Positions 1 to 9,155 of a DNA stretch of 64,000 bases are shown piece after piece. Position 1 is the stretch's first letter; every line of letters begins with the position of its first letter. The stretch spans positions 1,118-65,117 of the forward strand of contig JAZNBN010000006.1 in the NCBI GenBank assembly GCA_045587125.1, read 5' to 3'. Below the pieces are notes generated by a model. That model had not been told where the DNA came from. It saw only the letters and a program-made list of their open reading frames with translations, and ran no database searches. The stretch comes from Candidatus Enterousia sp. (GTDB lineage Bacteria; Pseudomonadota; Alphaproteobacteria; Rs-D84). The translations under genes and the position numbers were made by a program.

Positions 1-955
1 ATTTATTCGCCAAATCTTGGGCAATTAATGGATTGTCCGTCAATAACAAATCCAGCGCAGGCAATGCAGAATCCAAACGACCTGCTGCATTTAATCTGGG
101 TCCCAAACCAAAACCAACTGCATATACAGACGGACTTTTTATTCCTGCAACATTCATCAAAACACGCAAACCTAAGTTTTGTCGCAATCCCATAACCTTT
201 AATCCGGTTGCAACAAAGGCACGATTTAATCCAATCAAAGGCATTGTGTCACAAATCGTCCCCAACGCGACCAAATCCATATAATTCAATAAATTTATAT
301 TCTGTAATTTTGATTTTACTTCTTCATCTAAATTACGTGATTTTAATTCACGATTTAATGCCACCAGTGTTAAAAACGCAACACCAACACCGGCCAAATA
401 GTTTAATTCAGATGTATCATCAAACCGTTTTGGATTTACAATTGCATCTGCATTTGGCAATACCGAATCAGGCGAATGATGATCTGTAACAACAACCTGC
501 AAACCTAAACTGCGTGCATAATCAACTTCTGCAACACCACTGATTCCGCAATCCACAGTTATCAACAAATTTGCATTAGCATCTGCAATTTCTTTAATTG
601 CAACATTATTCAGACCGTACCCTTCACCCTCTCTGGTTGGCAAATGCCAAATAACATCACAACCGATTTCACGCAAATACTTTACAAAAACGGCTGTAGA
701 AGTAATCCCATCTACATCATAATCGCCATATATCGCAATTTTACGTTTTGCCTGCACAGCATCTGCGATAATATTCGCAGCCTTGTCCATATCCATTAAC
801 ACAGATGGATCAGGCATATATTCTTTTATACTGGGGTTTAAAAATTTTTGAATACTTTCTTCGTCACAAACACCACGATTTTTCAAAATCTTTTTTATCA
901 AATCGCCATTATTATCATTATCTTCATACCCCAACACCCATGTATTACCTAACAT
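1..955 (-). CDS. recJ: single-stranded-DNA-specific exonuclease RecJ (5' part; gene runs off the window start)
   Basis: My own translation of the minus strand from the ATG at 953-955 gives MLGNTWVLGYED...KIAIYGDYDVDGITSTAV...LLITVDCGISG...VVVTDHHSP...GPRLNAAGRL. These are DHH-family motifs in RecJ order. It is absent from the ORF track because there is no stop inside the window. Confidence 0.85.
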   Translation of the reverse strand, partial: MLGNTWVLGYEDNDNNGDLIKKILKNRGVCDEESIQKFLNPSIKEYMPDPSVLMDMDKAANIIADAVQAKRKIAIYGDYDVDGITSTAVFVKYLREIGCDVIWHLPTREGEGYGLNNVAIKEIADANANLLITVDCGISGVAEVDYARSLGLQVVVTDHHSPDSVLPNADAIVNPKRFDDTSELNYLAGVGVAFLTLVALNRELKSRNLDEEVKSKLQNINLLNYMDLVALGTICDTMPLIGLNRAFVATGLKVMGLRQNLGLRVLMNVAGIKSPSVYAVGFGLGPRLNAAGRLDSALPALDLLLTDNPLIAQDLANK

Positions 956-1022
956 GGATTTATCGACTATCTTTCTCACGCTGCACTCTTTTTTTTATTA
1001 TCAAGAGTATTATAATCAAAAA

Positions 1023-2660
1023 TTATTCAAATAGCAATGGCAGGATACTATCCAAAATTTTCCCTGTAACCGGCACCGCATTCCATGCAGCCGTACGCCA
1101 TCCCCATGATTCTTTTGTACCTTGGGGTTCATCTAAAACGACCAATATTGTATATTGCGGTGCATCGGCTGGGAACACACCAACAAACGCCGTTACATTA
1201 CGTTTAGAATCAATTTTTTTATTTGTATATTTTTCAGCAGTTGATGTTTTTCCACCTATTTTAATACCCGAAACGCGTGCTTTTTTTCCACTTGTTTCTT
1301 CTGCGACCCGCAACATAATCGGACGTAATTTTGCGGAAATCTCATCTGCCAAAACGCGTTCACCCTGGACAACACCGACATTTCGTTTTTGTAACGTAGG
1401 ATATATATAAATCCCCCCATTTGTAACGGCATTTACAGCCAACATCAAATGCATTGGGGTAACGGCATAACCCTGACCATACGCCACAGTCGCCCTTTCC
1501 ACAGGTCCCCATTTACGTTGCGGTATACTGTTTTCTGTTCGTCCAAATTCCAGATTTAACGCCTTGTCCATATGCAATCTTTCCAAGAATTCTTTTTGGG
1601 CACCATCTGGTAATTCTAATGCGATTTGTGCACTGCCCACATTACAAGAATGCATCATAATTTCTTCAAGATTTAAATTTGGGCGTGGCGGCTTAAAACT
1701 ACGAATATCTGTGATATATTTTGCGACACGACCATTTTTATCATGTATTGGGAATGGTTTTGCAACGTAATATTCTTTTGTAACAGGTATTCCGTTTTCC
1801 AATGCCAACGCAGTATTAAATATTTTAAAAATAGACCCCAATTCATATACACTACGCATTGGTTTAAATGTATGATTAACCGCGGCATCTGCCCTTAAAT
1901 TTTCTGGGTCAAAATCAGGCAACGAAACCATAGCAATCATTTCACCTGTTCTGGAATTCATAAGCATTCCCATTGCAGCCTTGGTTTGATACTTTTGCAT
2001 TGCAAATGATAATTGTTCATAAAACACAGCCTGAATTCGCGAATCAACAGACAAACGAAGTGGATGATTATTTTCCGTTAAATAATCATCATATGTTCTT
2101 TCTGCACCTTCCAAACCATGTCCATCTTCACCGACCAATCCAACAACATGTGAAAACAATCTACGTTTTGGATATTTTCTGGTTTGTATTTTTTCTACTT
2201 CCAACCCTTGTAATCTTACCTTTTCAACAATTGCACGTTGTTGTTCAGTTGCAAATTTTTGCAATCTTATAAAACGCCGTGAAGAATTTAATAAATCCAA
2301 CGCATCTGCCACTGAATACTTATAAGGTAATATTTGATGTATGGTTTGTGCGATTAAATCTTTATCTTTTTCCTGCACTGCCCTGTTACGCAATATAATA
2401 TGTCCGGACACAACATTTTTCGCCAAAATATCCCCATTTCTATCGACAATATCCGCACGCTGCACAGTCCATTGGCTGGCTGCATCTGCACGTCTTGCCC
2501 GGTCTGTACCCTGAATACCCAACTGTAAAGTACGCCCAACAAACAACACAAACGCAATTAAAAACAAAGTATAAACGATTCGTAATCTACTACGCGTTGT
2601 TTCATCGTTCTGTGCACCTGCAAATCCATGTTTTAAAATATCTTTGCCAACTTCAAACAT
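1023..2660 (-). CDS. ftsI: peptidoglycan D,D-transpeptidase (class B PBP, FtsI/PBP3-like)
   Basis: 545 aa ORF with an N-terminal TM anchor, SxxK (GSIFK), SxN (SCN) and a KT(G/S)T-like motif (GGKTSTA). Its ATG overlaps the stop of the upstream ftsL-like ORF (TAATG). Confidence 0.85.
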   Translation of the reverse strand: MFEVGKDILKHGFAGAQNDETTRSRLRIVYTLFLIAFVLFVGRTLQLGIQGTDRARRADAASQWTVQRADIVDRNGDILAKNVVSGHIILRNRAVQEKDKDLIAQTIHQILPYKYSVADALDLLNSSRRFIRLQKFATEQQRAIVEKVRLQGLEVEKIQTRKYPKRRLFSHVVGLVGEDGHGLEGAERTYDDYLTENNHPLRLSVDSRIQAVFYEQLSFAMQKYQTKAAMGMLMNSRTGEMIAMVSLPDFDPENLRADAAVNHTFKPMRSVYELGSIFKIFNTALALENGIPVTKEYYVAKPFPIHDKNGRVAKYITDIRSFKPPRPNLNLEEIMMHSCNVGSAQIALELPDGAQKEFLERLHMDKALNLEFGRTENSIPQRKWGPVERATVAYGQGYAVTPMHLMLAVNAVTNGGIYIYPTLQKRNVGVVQGERVLADEISAKLRPIMLRVAEETSGKKARVSGIKIGGKTSTAEKYTNKKIDSKRNVTAFVGVFPADAPQYTILVVLDEPQGTKESWGWRTAAWNAVPVTGKILDSILPLLFE

Positions 2661-2956
2661 TAGACATCGCCCTTATTTTCCAAATCATCAATTAAAATTG
2701 CCTTTTGAAAACTGATTGATTCTGCTTTGGGTGTAATCATTATAACAGTATTACGCAAACTTTCTGGTCTGACATAAGACGCAAAATTAGCCTCTGCCAC
2801 GGCTATATCTTGCTGTGTTTTTACAATATCCCGACGCACACGATTTAACTGTCCCAATTGAGTTCTAAAACATACCTGGAACACCAACAATATCATTACC
2901 ACAACACCCAACGCCCAAGAACCAATCTGAAACATTTTTTTATCTTCACTCATCAC
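2660..2956 (-). CDS. ftsL: small bitopic cell-division protein, FtsL-like
   Basis: 98 aa with a single TM helix followed by a coiled-coil-like segment. It lies immediately upstream of ftsI and is translationally coupled to it. The call rests on position and architecture only. Confidence 0.55.
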   Translation of the reverse strand: MMSEDKKMFQIGSWALGVVVMILLVFQVCFRTQLGQLNRVRRDIVKTQQDIAVAEANFASYVRPESLRNTVIMITPKAESISFQKAILIDDLENKGDV

Positions 2957-2985
2957 TTATTCCCCACAACTGTTTATGTATTTTA

Positions 2986-3348
2986 TCATAAATTCTGTAA
3001 AAAACTAATCATTGAATTCAATCCATTCATACGTCCTGCCCCCAGATTTAAATTTAATTCAGAAAATTCCTTACCTAAATCCATTTGTTTAATTTCATCT
3101 ATGCTTTTACCATCAACCATTGCCAACAAAATCGCAACGATTCCACGCACCAGCAAAGAATCCGCACGTGCAAAAAAATGTGAATCATACTGACAAATTT
3201 CTACAAAGGATGCACACCCATGAATTTCATGACAAATTGCACCATCTGGCACAGGTGGCATATTTTTACCAAAATCCATAACCATTTCCAATTTTTCCAT
3301 TGGATTATCGGTTAAACTAAGTGCATTTTTCATCTGAATATAATTCAT
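2986..3348 (-). CDS. sufE: cysteine desulfuration protein SufE
   Basis: 120 aa with a SufE-like core (HEIHGCASFVEI, active-site Cys context). It lies downstream of a cysteine desulfurase gene and a DUF59 gene. Confidence 0.75.
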   Translation of the reverse strand: MNYIQMKNALSLTDNPMEKLEMVMDFGKNMPPVPDGAICHEIHGCASFVEICQYDSHFFARADSLLVRGIVAILLAMVDGKSIDEIKQMDLGKEFSELNLNLGAGRMNGLNSMISFLQNL

Positions 3349-3352
3349 AAAA

Positions 3353-3667
3353 TCACCATCCCTGATTAGTTAAATCTAATTCCAAACGTGCCGCATCAGA
3401 CATTCTTGATAAATCCCATGGCGGGTCCCAAACCAAATCCACACGCACAGGCACCCCACCCACAACTTTGGCTACTACGTCATGAACCTGGGCCAACAAT
3501 TCTTCCATCATCGGGCACGTTGGACTGGTAAAAGTCATTTTAATAACAACACTTTCCGTTCCAATTTCAATATCATAAATCAATCCCATATCCCATATAT
3601 TTACCGGTATTTCTGGGTCATAGACTGTTTTAAGTGCCGCAATAATATCATCTTTTGTAAAATTCAT
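3353..3667 (-). CDS. Fe-S assembly DUF59/MIP18-family protein (SufT-like)
   Basis: 104 aa with the typical DUF59 N-terminus (IIAALKTVYDPEIPVNIWDMGLIYDIEI) and a conserved Cys (TSPTCP). It overlaps the desulfurase stop by 4 nt. Confidence 0.8.
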   Translation of the reverse strand: MNFTKDDIIAALKTVYDPEIPVNIWDMGLIYDIEIGTESVVIKMTFTSPTCPMMEELLAQVHDVVAKVVGGVPVRVDLVWDPPWDLSRMSDAARLELDLTNQGW

Positions 3668-4752
3668 TTTAATATATCTTTTATATACTTAATTACTGTT
3701 TCAATTTCTTGTTTTGTATTATATGCACCAACAGAAATTCTGACTGAACCGGACACACCCATTAATTCATGAATCCACGATGCACACATATTACCAACAC
3801 GCACGCACACACCACATGCACCCAACAAAGTTCCAAAATCCAACACATGCATTCCATCAATCACAAAACTGCACAAAGACGCATCCCGACATGACAACAT
3901 TTTTATTTTCGGAATTTTTGATAATTCATCATATAAATATTTAATTAAATCCGTATCAGGTCTATGACTTTGCAAATATTGAATTGCCACCCCTATACCT
4001 GAAATCTGGGTTAACGGCAATGTACCCGCTTCAAAAACATCAGGTGCAGAATTTAAAACAATATTATTATTTTCAACCTTTAAAACCATTCCGCCACCGA
4101 ATTTAACAGGCGAAAACGAATCGGGATTTTTAATATACATCACCCCAACACCGGTATCCGCACCAATTTTATGTCCAGACCAACACACAAAATCACAATC
4201 CCACTTTTTTACATCAATATTGTTATGTACAACAAATTGAGCCGCATCAACCACAGTAATAACATTTGGATTTTTTGTACGTGCCGCTTTAATTATTTCC
4301 GCAACATCTTGGGCCATCCCCAACACATTAGACATAGCGGTTATAATCAAAACATCTGCATACGGCACAACAGATATATCAATATTAAAATTGACATCCA
4401 ATGGACATAACACAACATTTGCACCCGTTTCAACAAATGGCAATCTGGCACTGTGATGGTCTAAATCAGAAACCGCCACAGTTTTATCACCAGATAATTT
4501 CAGCATCTTTGCAATCATATTCATTGCATCTGTTGTACCAGACGTAAAAACAATCTGATTCGCATTTGCATTCATAAACTTTGCAATTTGATTGCGTGCA
4601 TCTGCAATCATATTATCTGTAAACTTTGCACGGCTGCAAACACCCCGCCCTGCGTTCGCATAATTATTGCGCAAATAATCAACCTGGGTATCAATAACAA
4701 CATCTGGTTTCAGATAAGAAGCCGCCGCATCTAAGTATATGATTTTATTCAT
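3664..4752 (-). CDS. sufS: cysteine desulfurase (class V aminotransferase, SufS/NifS-like)
   Basis: The PLP-Lys motif SGHKIGADTGVGV and the active-site Cys (RVGNMCASW) are present. I place the start at MNKIIYLDAAASYLKP (ATG 4750-4752). The 87-codon upstream extension in the ORF track is Cys-rich nonsense and would overlap the trxA promoter and start. Confidence 0.85.
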   Translation of the reverse strand: MNKIIYLDAAASYLKPDVVIDTQVDYLRNNYANAGRGVCSRAKFTDNMIADARNQIAKFMNANANQIVFTSGTTDAMNMIAKMLKLSGDKTVAVSDLDHHSARLPFVETGANVVLCPLDVNFNIDISVVPYADVLIITAMSNVLGMAQDVAEIIKAARTKNPNVITVVDAAQFVVHNNIDVKKWDCDFVCWSGHKIGADTGVGVMYIKNPDSFSPVKFGGGMVLKVENNNIVLNSAPDVFEAGTLPLTQISGIGVAIQYLQSHRPDTDLIKYLYDELSKIPKIKMLSCRDASLCSFVIDGMHVLDFGTLLGACGVCVRVGNMCASWIHELMGVSGSVRISVGAYNTKQEIETVIKYIKDILK

Positions 4753-4827
4753 TTTGTTATTTCTCTTGCATTTTGTTACGATTATAATACACTCGCATGG
4801 AATATCAACAACATAAGGAGAAAAAAG

Positions 4828-5145
4828 ATGGCTATACAACACGCAACAGACGCAACAATTGCAGACATGATTGGTAATGGTATTACATTGGTTGATTTTT
4901 GGGCATCTTGGTGCGGTCCATGCCGCATGTTCGGTCCAATTTTCGAAGCCACATCTGAAAAAACAACCGACGCAAACTTTGTAAAATTTGAAATAGACGA
5001 ATCGAATCGTCAAACGCCTGTTAAATATGGAATCCGCAGCATTCCGAGTGTTTTGGCATTTAAAAATGGCGAATTGGTAGAAGCACGCACAGGTGTTATG
5101 GACGAAGAAACATTACTTGCATGGATAGAAGAATTAAAGGGTTAA
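4828..5145 (+). CDS. trxA: thioredoxin
   Basis: 105 aa with the WCGPC active site. An AGGAG-like RBS (aaggagaaaaaag) lies upstream. Confidence 0.95.
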   Translation: MAIQHATDATIADMIGNGITLVDFWASWCGPCRMFGPIFEATSEKTTDANFVKFEIDESNRQTPVKYGIRSIPSVLAFKNGELVEARTGVMDEETLLAWIEELKG

Positions 5146-5151
5146 TTAACA

Positions 5152-5580
5152 ATGGCAAAGAAAAATTACAAAACTTTGGAATTACCTGCCAAGTACACAC
5201 CAAAAAAATCAGAACCATATATGTGTCCTGAACATTTGGCGTACTTTTATAATATTCTGAAAAATCAAAAAGAAGAACTGGAAAGCGACAGTGATTCGGT
5301 TTTAAACGCGGTTCGTATGGCCGAAAAAACCGAGGCCGCCGGTGTTGGTGACGAATCTGATAACGCATCATATAACCAAGACATTACTATGGATTTGCGT
5401 ATATCTGAACGTAACAACAAATTGTTACAGAAAATAAATGCCGCATTGGACAGAATAGAAAATGGAACGTATGGTTACAGTGTTGTATCTGGTGATGAAA
5501 TCGGTTTACAACGTATGCTGGCACGCCCATTGGCAACAATGACAATCGAAGAACAAGAAGAATACGAAAATCGCAGATAA
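5152..5580 (+). CDS. dksA: DksA/TraR-family RNA polymerase-binding factor (Cys-less variant)
   Basis: 142 aa. It has the coiled-coil tip region DESDNAS..D and the C-terminal GTYGYSVVSGDEIGLQRMLARPLAT, which aligns to the E. coli YGYCESCGVEIG..RP...C..C region with all four Cys replaced. Confidence 0.8.
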   Translation: MAKKNYKTLELPAKYTPKKSEPYMCPEHLAYFYNILKNQKEELESDSDSVLNAVRMAEKTEAAGVGDESDNASYNQDITMDLRISERNNKLLQKINAALDRIENGTYGYSVVSGDEIGLQRMLARPLATMTIEEQEEYENRR

Positions 5581-5591
5581 AAAACTTTGTT

Positions 5592-5619
5592 AAAAAACCG
5601 GCAAACGCCGGTTTTTTTA
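5592..5619 (+). terminator. intrinsic terminator after dksA
   Basis: aaaaaaccggcaaacgccggttttttt: a GC stem (accggc/gccggt) followed by a T7 run. Confidence 0.8.
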
Positions 5620-5701
5620 TGTATTTATCACAACTATAAAAACTTGACAAATATAATTTTACACAATAATATTTACAACAATTTAAACAAAAGCGAATAA
5701 T

Positions 5702-5950
5702 ATGACCACAGAAAACAACCAGAATTTTTTTGATTTCAGAGAATTAATATACATTATCTATAATGGTATGGCCACAGGCGGAATCGTCAATTATACCAAT
5801 CAACTTATTGATAACGGTTACAATCGTGAAACCCTTATTATTTTATTGATGTGGATTGCTGGATTCGCCTATTCTGCAAATCGTTTATACGACATATATA
5901 AAACCAAAAAAGAGAATCAGAACAATAAACACAACCAAAACCAAAGATAA
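5702..5950 (+). CDS. hypothetical small membrane protein
   Basis: 82 aa ORF with one hydrophobic segment (LIILLMWIAGFAYSA) and a basic or Asn/Gln-rich tail. It is followed by a hairpin. No family recognised. Confidence 0.45.
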   Translation: MTTENNQNFFDFRELIYIIYNGMATGGIVNYTNQLIDNGYNRETLIILLMWIAGFAYSANRLYDIYKTKKENQNNKHNQNQR

Positions 5951-5980
5951 AAACACCCGCCAACTGGCGGGTTATTTTAT
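5951..5980. terminator. hairpin between convergent genes (bidirectional terminator candidate)
   Basis: cccgcc-aact-ggcggg stem flanked by an A-run and a T-run. It lies between the 82-aa ORF (+) and tatA (-). Confidence 0.65.
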
Positions 5981-6186
5981 TTCTTGTTAACCGTTTTCTT
6001 TTTAGCAACTGTTTTTTTAACAGGTTCTGATTTAACTGGTTCTTTTGTGCTTTTCAATTCTTTTTTGAAAACATTCAAACCATCTGCCAAATTCTTCATC
6101 ATTCCTGGTATTTTTTTATGACCAAATAAAATCATAACCAAAACTACAATTACCAGAATTTCTGTCCAGCCCAAACGTCCAAACAT
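5977..6186 (-). CDS. tatA: twin-arginine translocase subunit TatA/E
   Basis: 69 aa. MFGRLGWTEILVIVVLVMILFGHKKIP is the canonical TatA TM segment plus the FG hinge, followed by an amphipathic, basic tail. Confidence 0.9.
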   Translation of the reverse strand: MFGRLGWTEILVIVVLVMILFGHKKIPGMMKNLADGLNVFKKELKSTKEPVKSEPVKKTVAKKKTVNKK

Positions 6187-6197
6187 TTTTTAACTCC

Positions 6198-6965
6198 TTA
6201 TTTTGTTACGTAACAATCCAATCCATCTGCTTTGGCATTACGACAAAAACCATTTGCCTCTTTTGAAGTTGCGAACGCAACACGCAATCTGTATTTTGTT
6301 GTACCATCTTTCATTTGTGCAGCCAAGATTACAAATTGCTGGCCATCAAATAATCCTTTGTGTGCATTTTGCATTTGTCTTTGACCTGCCTCGGCCAATG
6401 CACGTGTACTGTATGATGCCAATTGAACATACCAATTTGCCGTAGTTGGTTTTGTAACAGGTTTTGTCACAGTTTTTTTCACAGCAGGTTTTGCCGCGGG
6501 CTTTGCCACAGGTTTCGCCTGTTGTGCGGTTGGATTAAATGTAACTTCTTTACGTTCTTCTACCACGCGTACAGGAACACCAACAGATTCTGGTTGCTGC
6601 ACAACCTGGGGTACAGGTTGCACTGCCACAGGTTGCGTTGCCACAGGTTGTGGCACAGGTTGTGGTTGTACAACCGGCTGTGGTTTATCGGCTGGCATAA
6701 CATTCATATCCACTGGGACACCTGCCCCATCAACAACAACCGCAGGTACATCTAAATCTACATCTATGGACGAAGAAGACGAATTATCACTGATTACACT
6801 GACTATTATATAAGTTGCCAACATAATAACCGCAATACCAACACCCAACAACAACCAAGGTTTTTTTGGACGTGGTGCCGCAAACGGTACCGCATCTGGC
6901 AAAGAATCCATTGTATCAGCATCATCTAAATCTAATAAATCCAAGTTATTATCTTCATTATTCAT
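6198..6965 (-). CDS. SPOR-domain (peptidoglycan-binding) membrane protein with a Pro/Gln/Val-rich linker
   Basis: 255 aa with an N-terminal TM, a PQPV-type repeats linker, and a C-terminal WYVQLASYS...YRLRVAFATSKEANGFC...C SPOR-like domain. Confidence 0.7.
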   Translation of the reverse strand: MNNEDNNLDLLDLDDADTMDSLPDAVPFAAPRPKKPWLLLGVGIAVIMLATYIIVSVISDNSSSSSIDVDLDVPAVVVDGAGVPVDMNVMPADKPQPVVQPQPVPQPVATQPVAVQPVPQVVQQPESVGVPVRVVEERKEVTFNPTAQQAKPVAKPAAKPAVKKTVTKPVTKPTTANWYVQLASYSTRALAEAGQRQMQNAHKGLFDGQQFVILAAQMKDGTTKYRLRVAFATSKEANGFCRNAKADGLDCYVTK

Positions 6966-7045
6966 GAAAAAGCCCCCTATATATTCTACTTATAGATGTA
7001 TTATATCATAAAAATCGACAATAACAAAATATATAAACAAAAATT

Positions 7046-7189
7046 TTATTTTGGCATTTGACCAAAATTTGGTGGCACAATCAATTTGTGATTTTCTGAG
7101 ACAATTGGTTCTACTTCACATTTTTTTGCACAACCACCCAATGCACAAACAATTACACCCAACATAAATAAACTGATAAATTTTTTCAT
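7046..7189 (-). CDS. small lipoprotein (hypothetical)
   Basis: MKKFISLFMLGVIVCALGGCAKK has a signal peptide plus the lipobox LGGC. An AGGAG RBS lies 7 nt upstream of the ATG at 7187-7189. The longer ORF-track start is unlikely. Confidence 0.55.
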   Translation of the reverse strand: MKKFISLFMLGVIVCALGGCAKKCEVEPIVSENHKLIVPPNFGQMPK

Positions 7190-7218
7190 AAGAAACTCCT
7201 TTCCGAAATTATAAATCT

Positions 7219-7239
7219 GGGTGCGAAAAATTCGCACCC
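7219..7239 (-). terminator. hairpin downstream of thrS
   Basis: gggtgcgaaaaattcgcaccc: a 7-bp GC-rich stem 8 nt after the thrS stop. The U-tract is weak in the minus sense. Confidence 0.45.
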
Positions 7240-7246
7240 AAAAATA

Positions 7247-8980
7247 TTACATTGGCATTTTGATTGCATCTTGCATCATTTTTACAAATTCTGCCAGTGG
7301 CATTACTTCCTGTTTTTCCTGTCCCAGTTTTCGTAATGTTACTGTTTTTTCTGCCATTTCTTTTTCACCAACAACGGCAACTATTGGTGTTTTTGCCAAA
7401 GACAATTCGCGGATTTTATAGTTTACTTTTTCATCACGCAAATCTGCACGTGTATTTACACCAACACCGCGTAATGCAGTCACAACTTCGTTTGCATATT
7501 CTGCGTGCTTTTCAGAAATTGGTGCAACAACCACTGGTTCTGGTGACAACCACAATGGCAAATGTCCACCTGTTGATTCCAGATAAATACCCATAAATCT
7601 TTCAATTGAACCTAAAATCGCACGATGCAACATAATTGGACGATGCTTTTCACCATCTTCACCGATATAAGACAAATCAAATCGTTCTGGCAAATTCATA
7701 TCCAATTGTACAGTTCCGCATACCCATGTACGACCAATTGCATCACGCATAGATATACCAATCTTTGGTCCATAAAATGCGCCCTCGCCTTCTGCGACAC
7801 TATAATTTGCATTTACAGACTTTAATGCTTTGTGCAAAGTTTCTTCTGCGAAATCCCATATTTCATCAGACCCAATACGGAATTCAGAATCTGGTCTTGT
7901 TTCCAAAGTCATATGCAATTCATTAAAACCTAATGCACTGTAAACACTTTTAATCAGATTTAATGCCTTGGCAACTTCTTCCTCCATCTGGTCTTCTGTA
8001 CAGAAAATATGTGCATCGTCTTGTGTCATTTCACGCACACGCATCAATCCCGCCAAAGAACCAGAAGATTCATAACGGTGTACTTTACCAAATTCAGCCA
8101 TATACATAGGCAAATCTTTATATGATGTAATACCATGTCCGAATACCAACATACCACCTGGACATGACATTGGTTTTACACAGAAATCTTTACCGTCTTG
8201 GGTTTTACCAGAATAATTATGTGACGCATATTTTGCCCAATGCCCACTGCGTTCCCACAAACTGCGTTCCATAACAGTTGGTGTAGAAATTTCCTGATAA
8301 CCTTCACGATTTTGGCGTTCACGGATAAAATCAATTAATTTACGATAGATTTTAAACCCTTTGTCATGCCAGAACACAGACCCAGGTGCATAATCTGGTT
8401 CAAAATGGAACAAATCCATATCTTTACCCAATTTACGATTATCACGTGCCGCCGCCAATTCTTGCATTTTCAAGAATTCTTCTAAATCTTCTTTGCATGC
8501 AAATGCATCAACATAGATACGTTGCAACATTTTATTTTTCGCATTACCCTTCCAGTACGCACCTGCAACACTGCGGATTTTAAAAGAATCCCTTGGTAAA
8601 TCTTTGGAAGATTCTACGTGCGGTCCACGACACAAATCCACAAAATCACGGAAAGTATAAATTGACAGAGCTTCGCCTGCGGCATCATATTCATTTAACC
8701 ATTCCATTTTATATGGTTGATTTGCGAAAATTTCTTTGGCTTCGTCAATTGACACATTGCGTTGTTCAAAACGACCATTAGATTTAATCAAATCACGCAT
8801 TTCCTTTTCAATTTTTGCAAAATCATCTTCGGAAAAGCGATATTCTGTATCAAAGTCATAGTAAAAACCATTTTCAATTGCCGGCCCCCCTGCGAATTTA
8901 ACATCAGGGTGCAATTTTTTAACCGCCGCCGCCATAACGTGTGCTAATGAGTGACGAATTATTTCTATATCATAAGACAT
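7247..8980 (-). CDS. thrS: threonine--tRNA ligase (starts at the editing domain; no TGS domain)
   Basis: 577 aa. The N-terminus IIRHSLAHVMAAAVKKLHPDVKFAGGPAIENGFYYDFD matches the ThrRS N2/editing-domain start. Class II core and anticodon-binding regions follow. Confidence 0.9.
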   Translation of the reverse strand: MSYDIEIIRHSLAHVMAAAVKKLHPDVKFAGGPAIENGFYYDFDTEYRFSEDDFAKIEKEMRDLIKSNGRFEQRNVSIDEAKEIFANQPYKMEWLNEYDAAGEALSIYTFRDFVDLCRGPHVESSKDLPRDSFKIRSVAGAYWKGNAKNKMLQRIYVDAFACKEDLEEFLKMQELAAARDNRKLGKDMDLFHFEPDYAPGSVFWHDKGFKIYRKLIDFIRERQNREGYQEISTPTVMERSLWERSGHWAKYASHNYSGKTQDGKDFCVKPMSCPGGMLVFGHGITSYKDLPMYMAEFGKVHRYESSGSLAGLMRVREMTQDDAHIFCTEDQMEEEVAKALNLIKSVYSALGFNELHMTLETRPDSEFRIGSDEIWDFAEETLHKALKSVNANYSVAEGEGAFYGPKIGISMRDAIGRTWVCGTVQLDMNLPERFDLSYIGEDGEKHRPIMLHRAILGSIERFMGIYLESTGGHLPLWLSPEPVVVAPISEKHAEYANEVVTALRGVGVNTRADLRDEKVNYKIRELSLAKTPIVAVVGEKEMAEKTVTLRKLGQEKQEVMPLAEFVKMMQDAIKMPM

Positions 8981-9021
8981 AACAAAAACCTTTTTATTTA
9001 AATTATTTTTTTAACTGATTA

Positions 9022-9050
9022 ATTATAAGAATTTGTGCGAAATATCGCAA
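9022..9050 (-). promoter_or_regulatory. sigma70-like promoter upstream of thrS
   Basis: The minus-sense sequence is TTGCGA, then 17 nt, then TATAAT. It lies about 40 nt upstream of the thrS ATG. Confidence 0.5.
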
Positions 9051-9155
9051 TAGAAATTACACCCCCAAAGGGGTTGTAGTAGTTGTCATAAAGAATAAAT
9101 TAAATAACTTCATATTACATATACTATTACATTCCACACAAAAGTCAAACTATTC

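Noticed and set aside
4753-5013. An 87-codon N-terminal extension of the sufS ORF.
   Set aside because: The extension is Cys/Phe-rich nonsense and overlaps the trxA start and promoter on the other strand. The conserved desulfurase N-terminus (MNKIIYLDAAAS) starts at 4752.
6560-6700. A tandem cacaggttg-type DNA repeat, considered as a possible regulatory repeat.
   Set aside because: It lies inside the SPOR-protein ORF and encodes the PQPV-rich linker. This is a coding low-complexity repeat, not an independent element.
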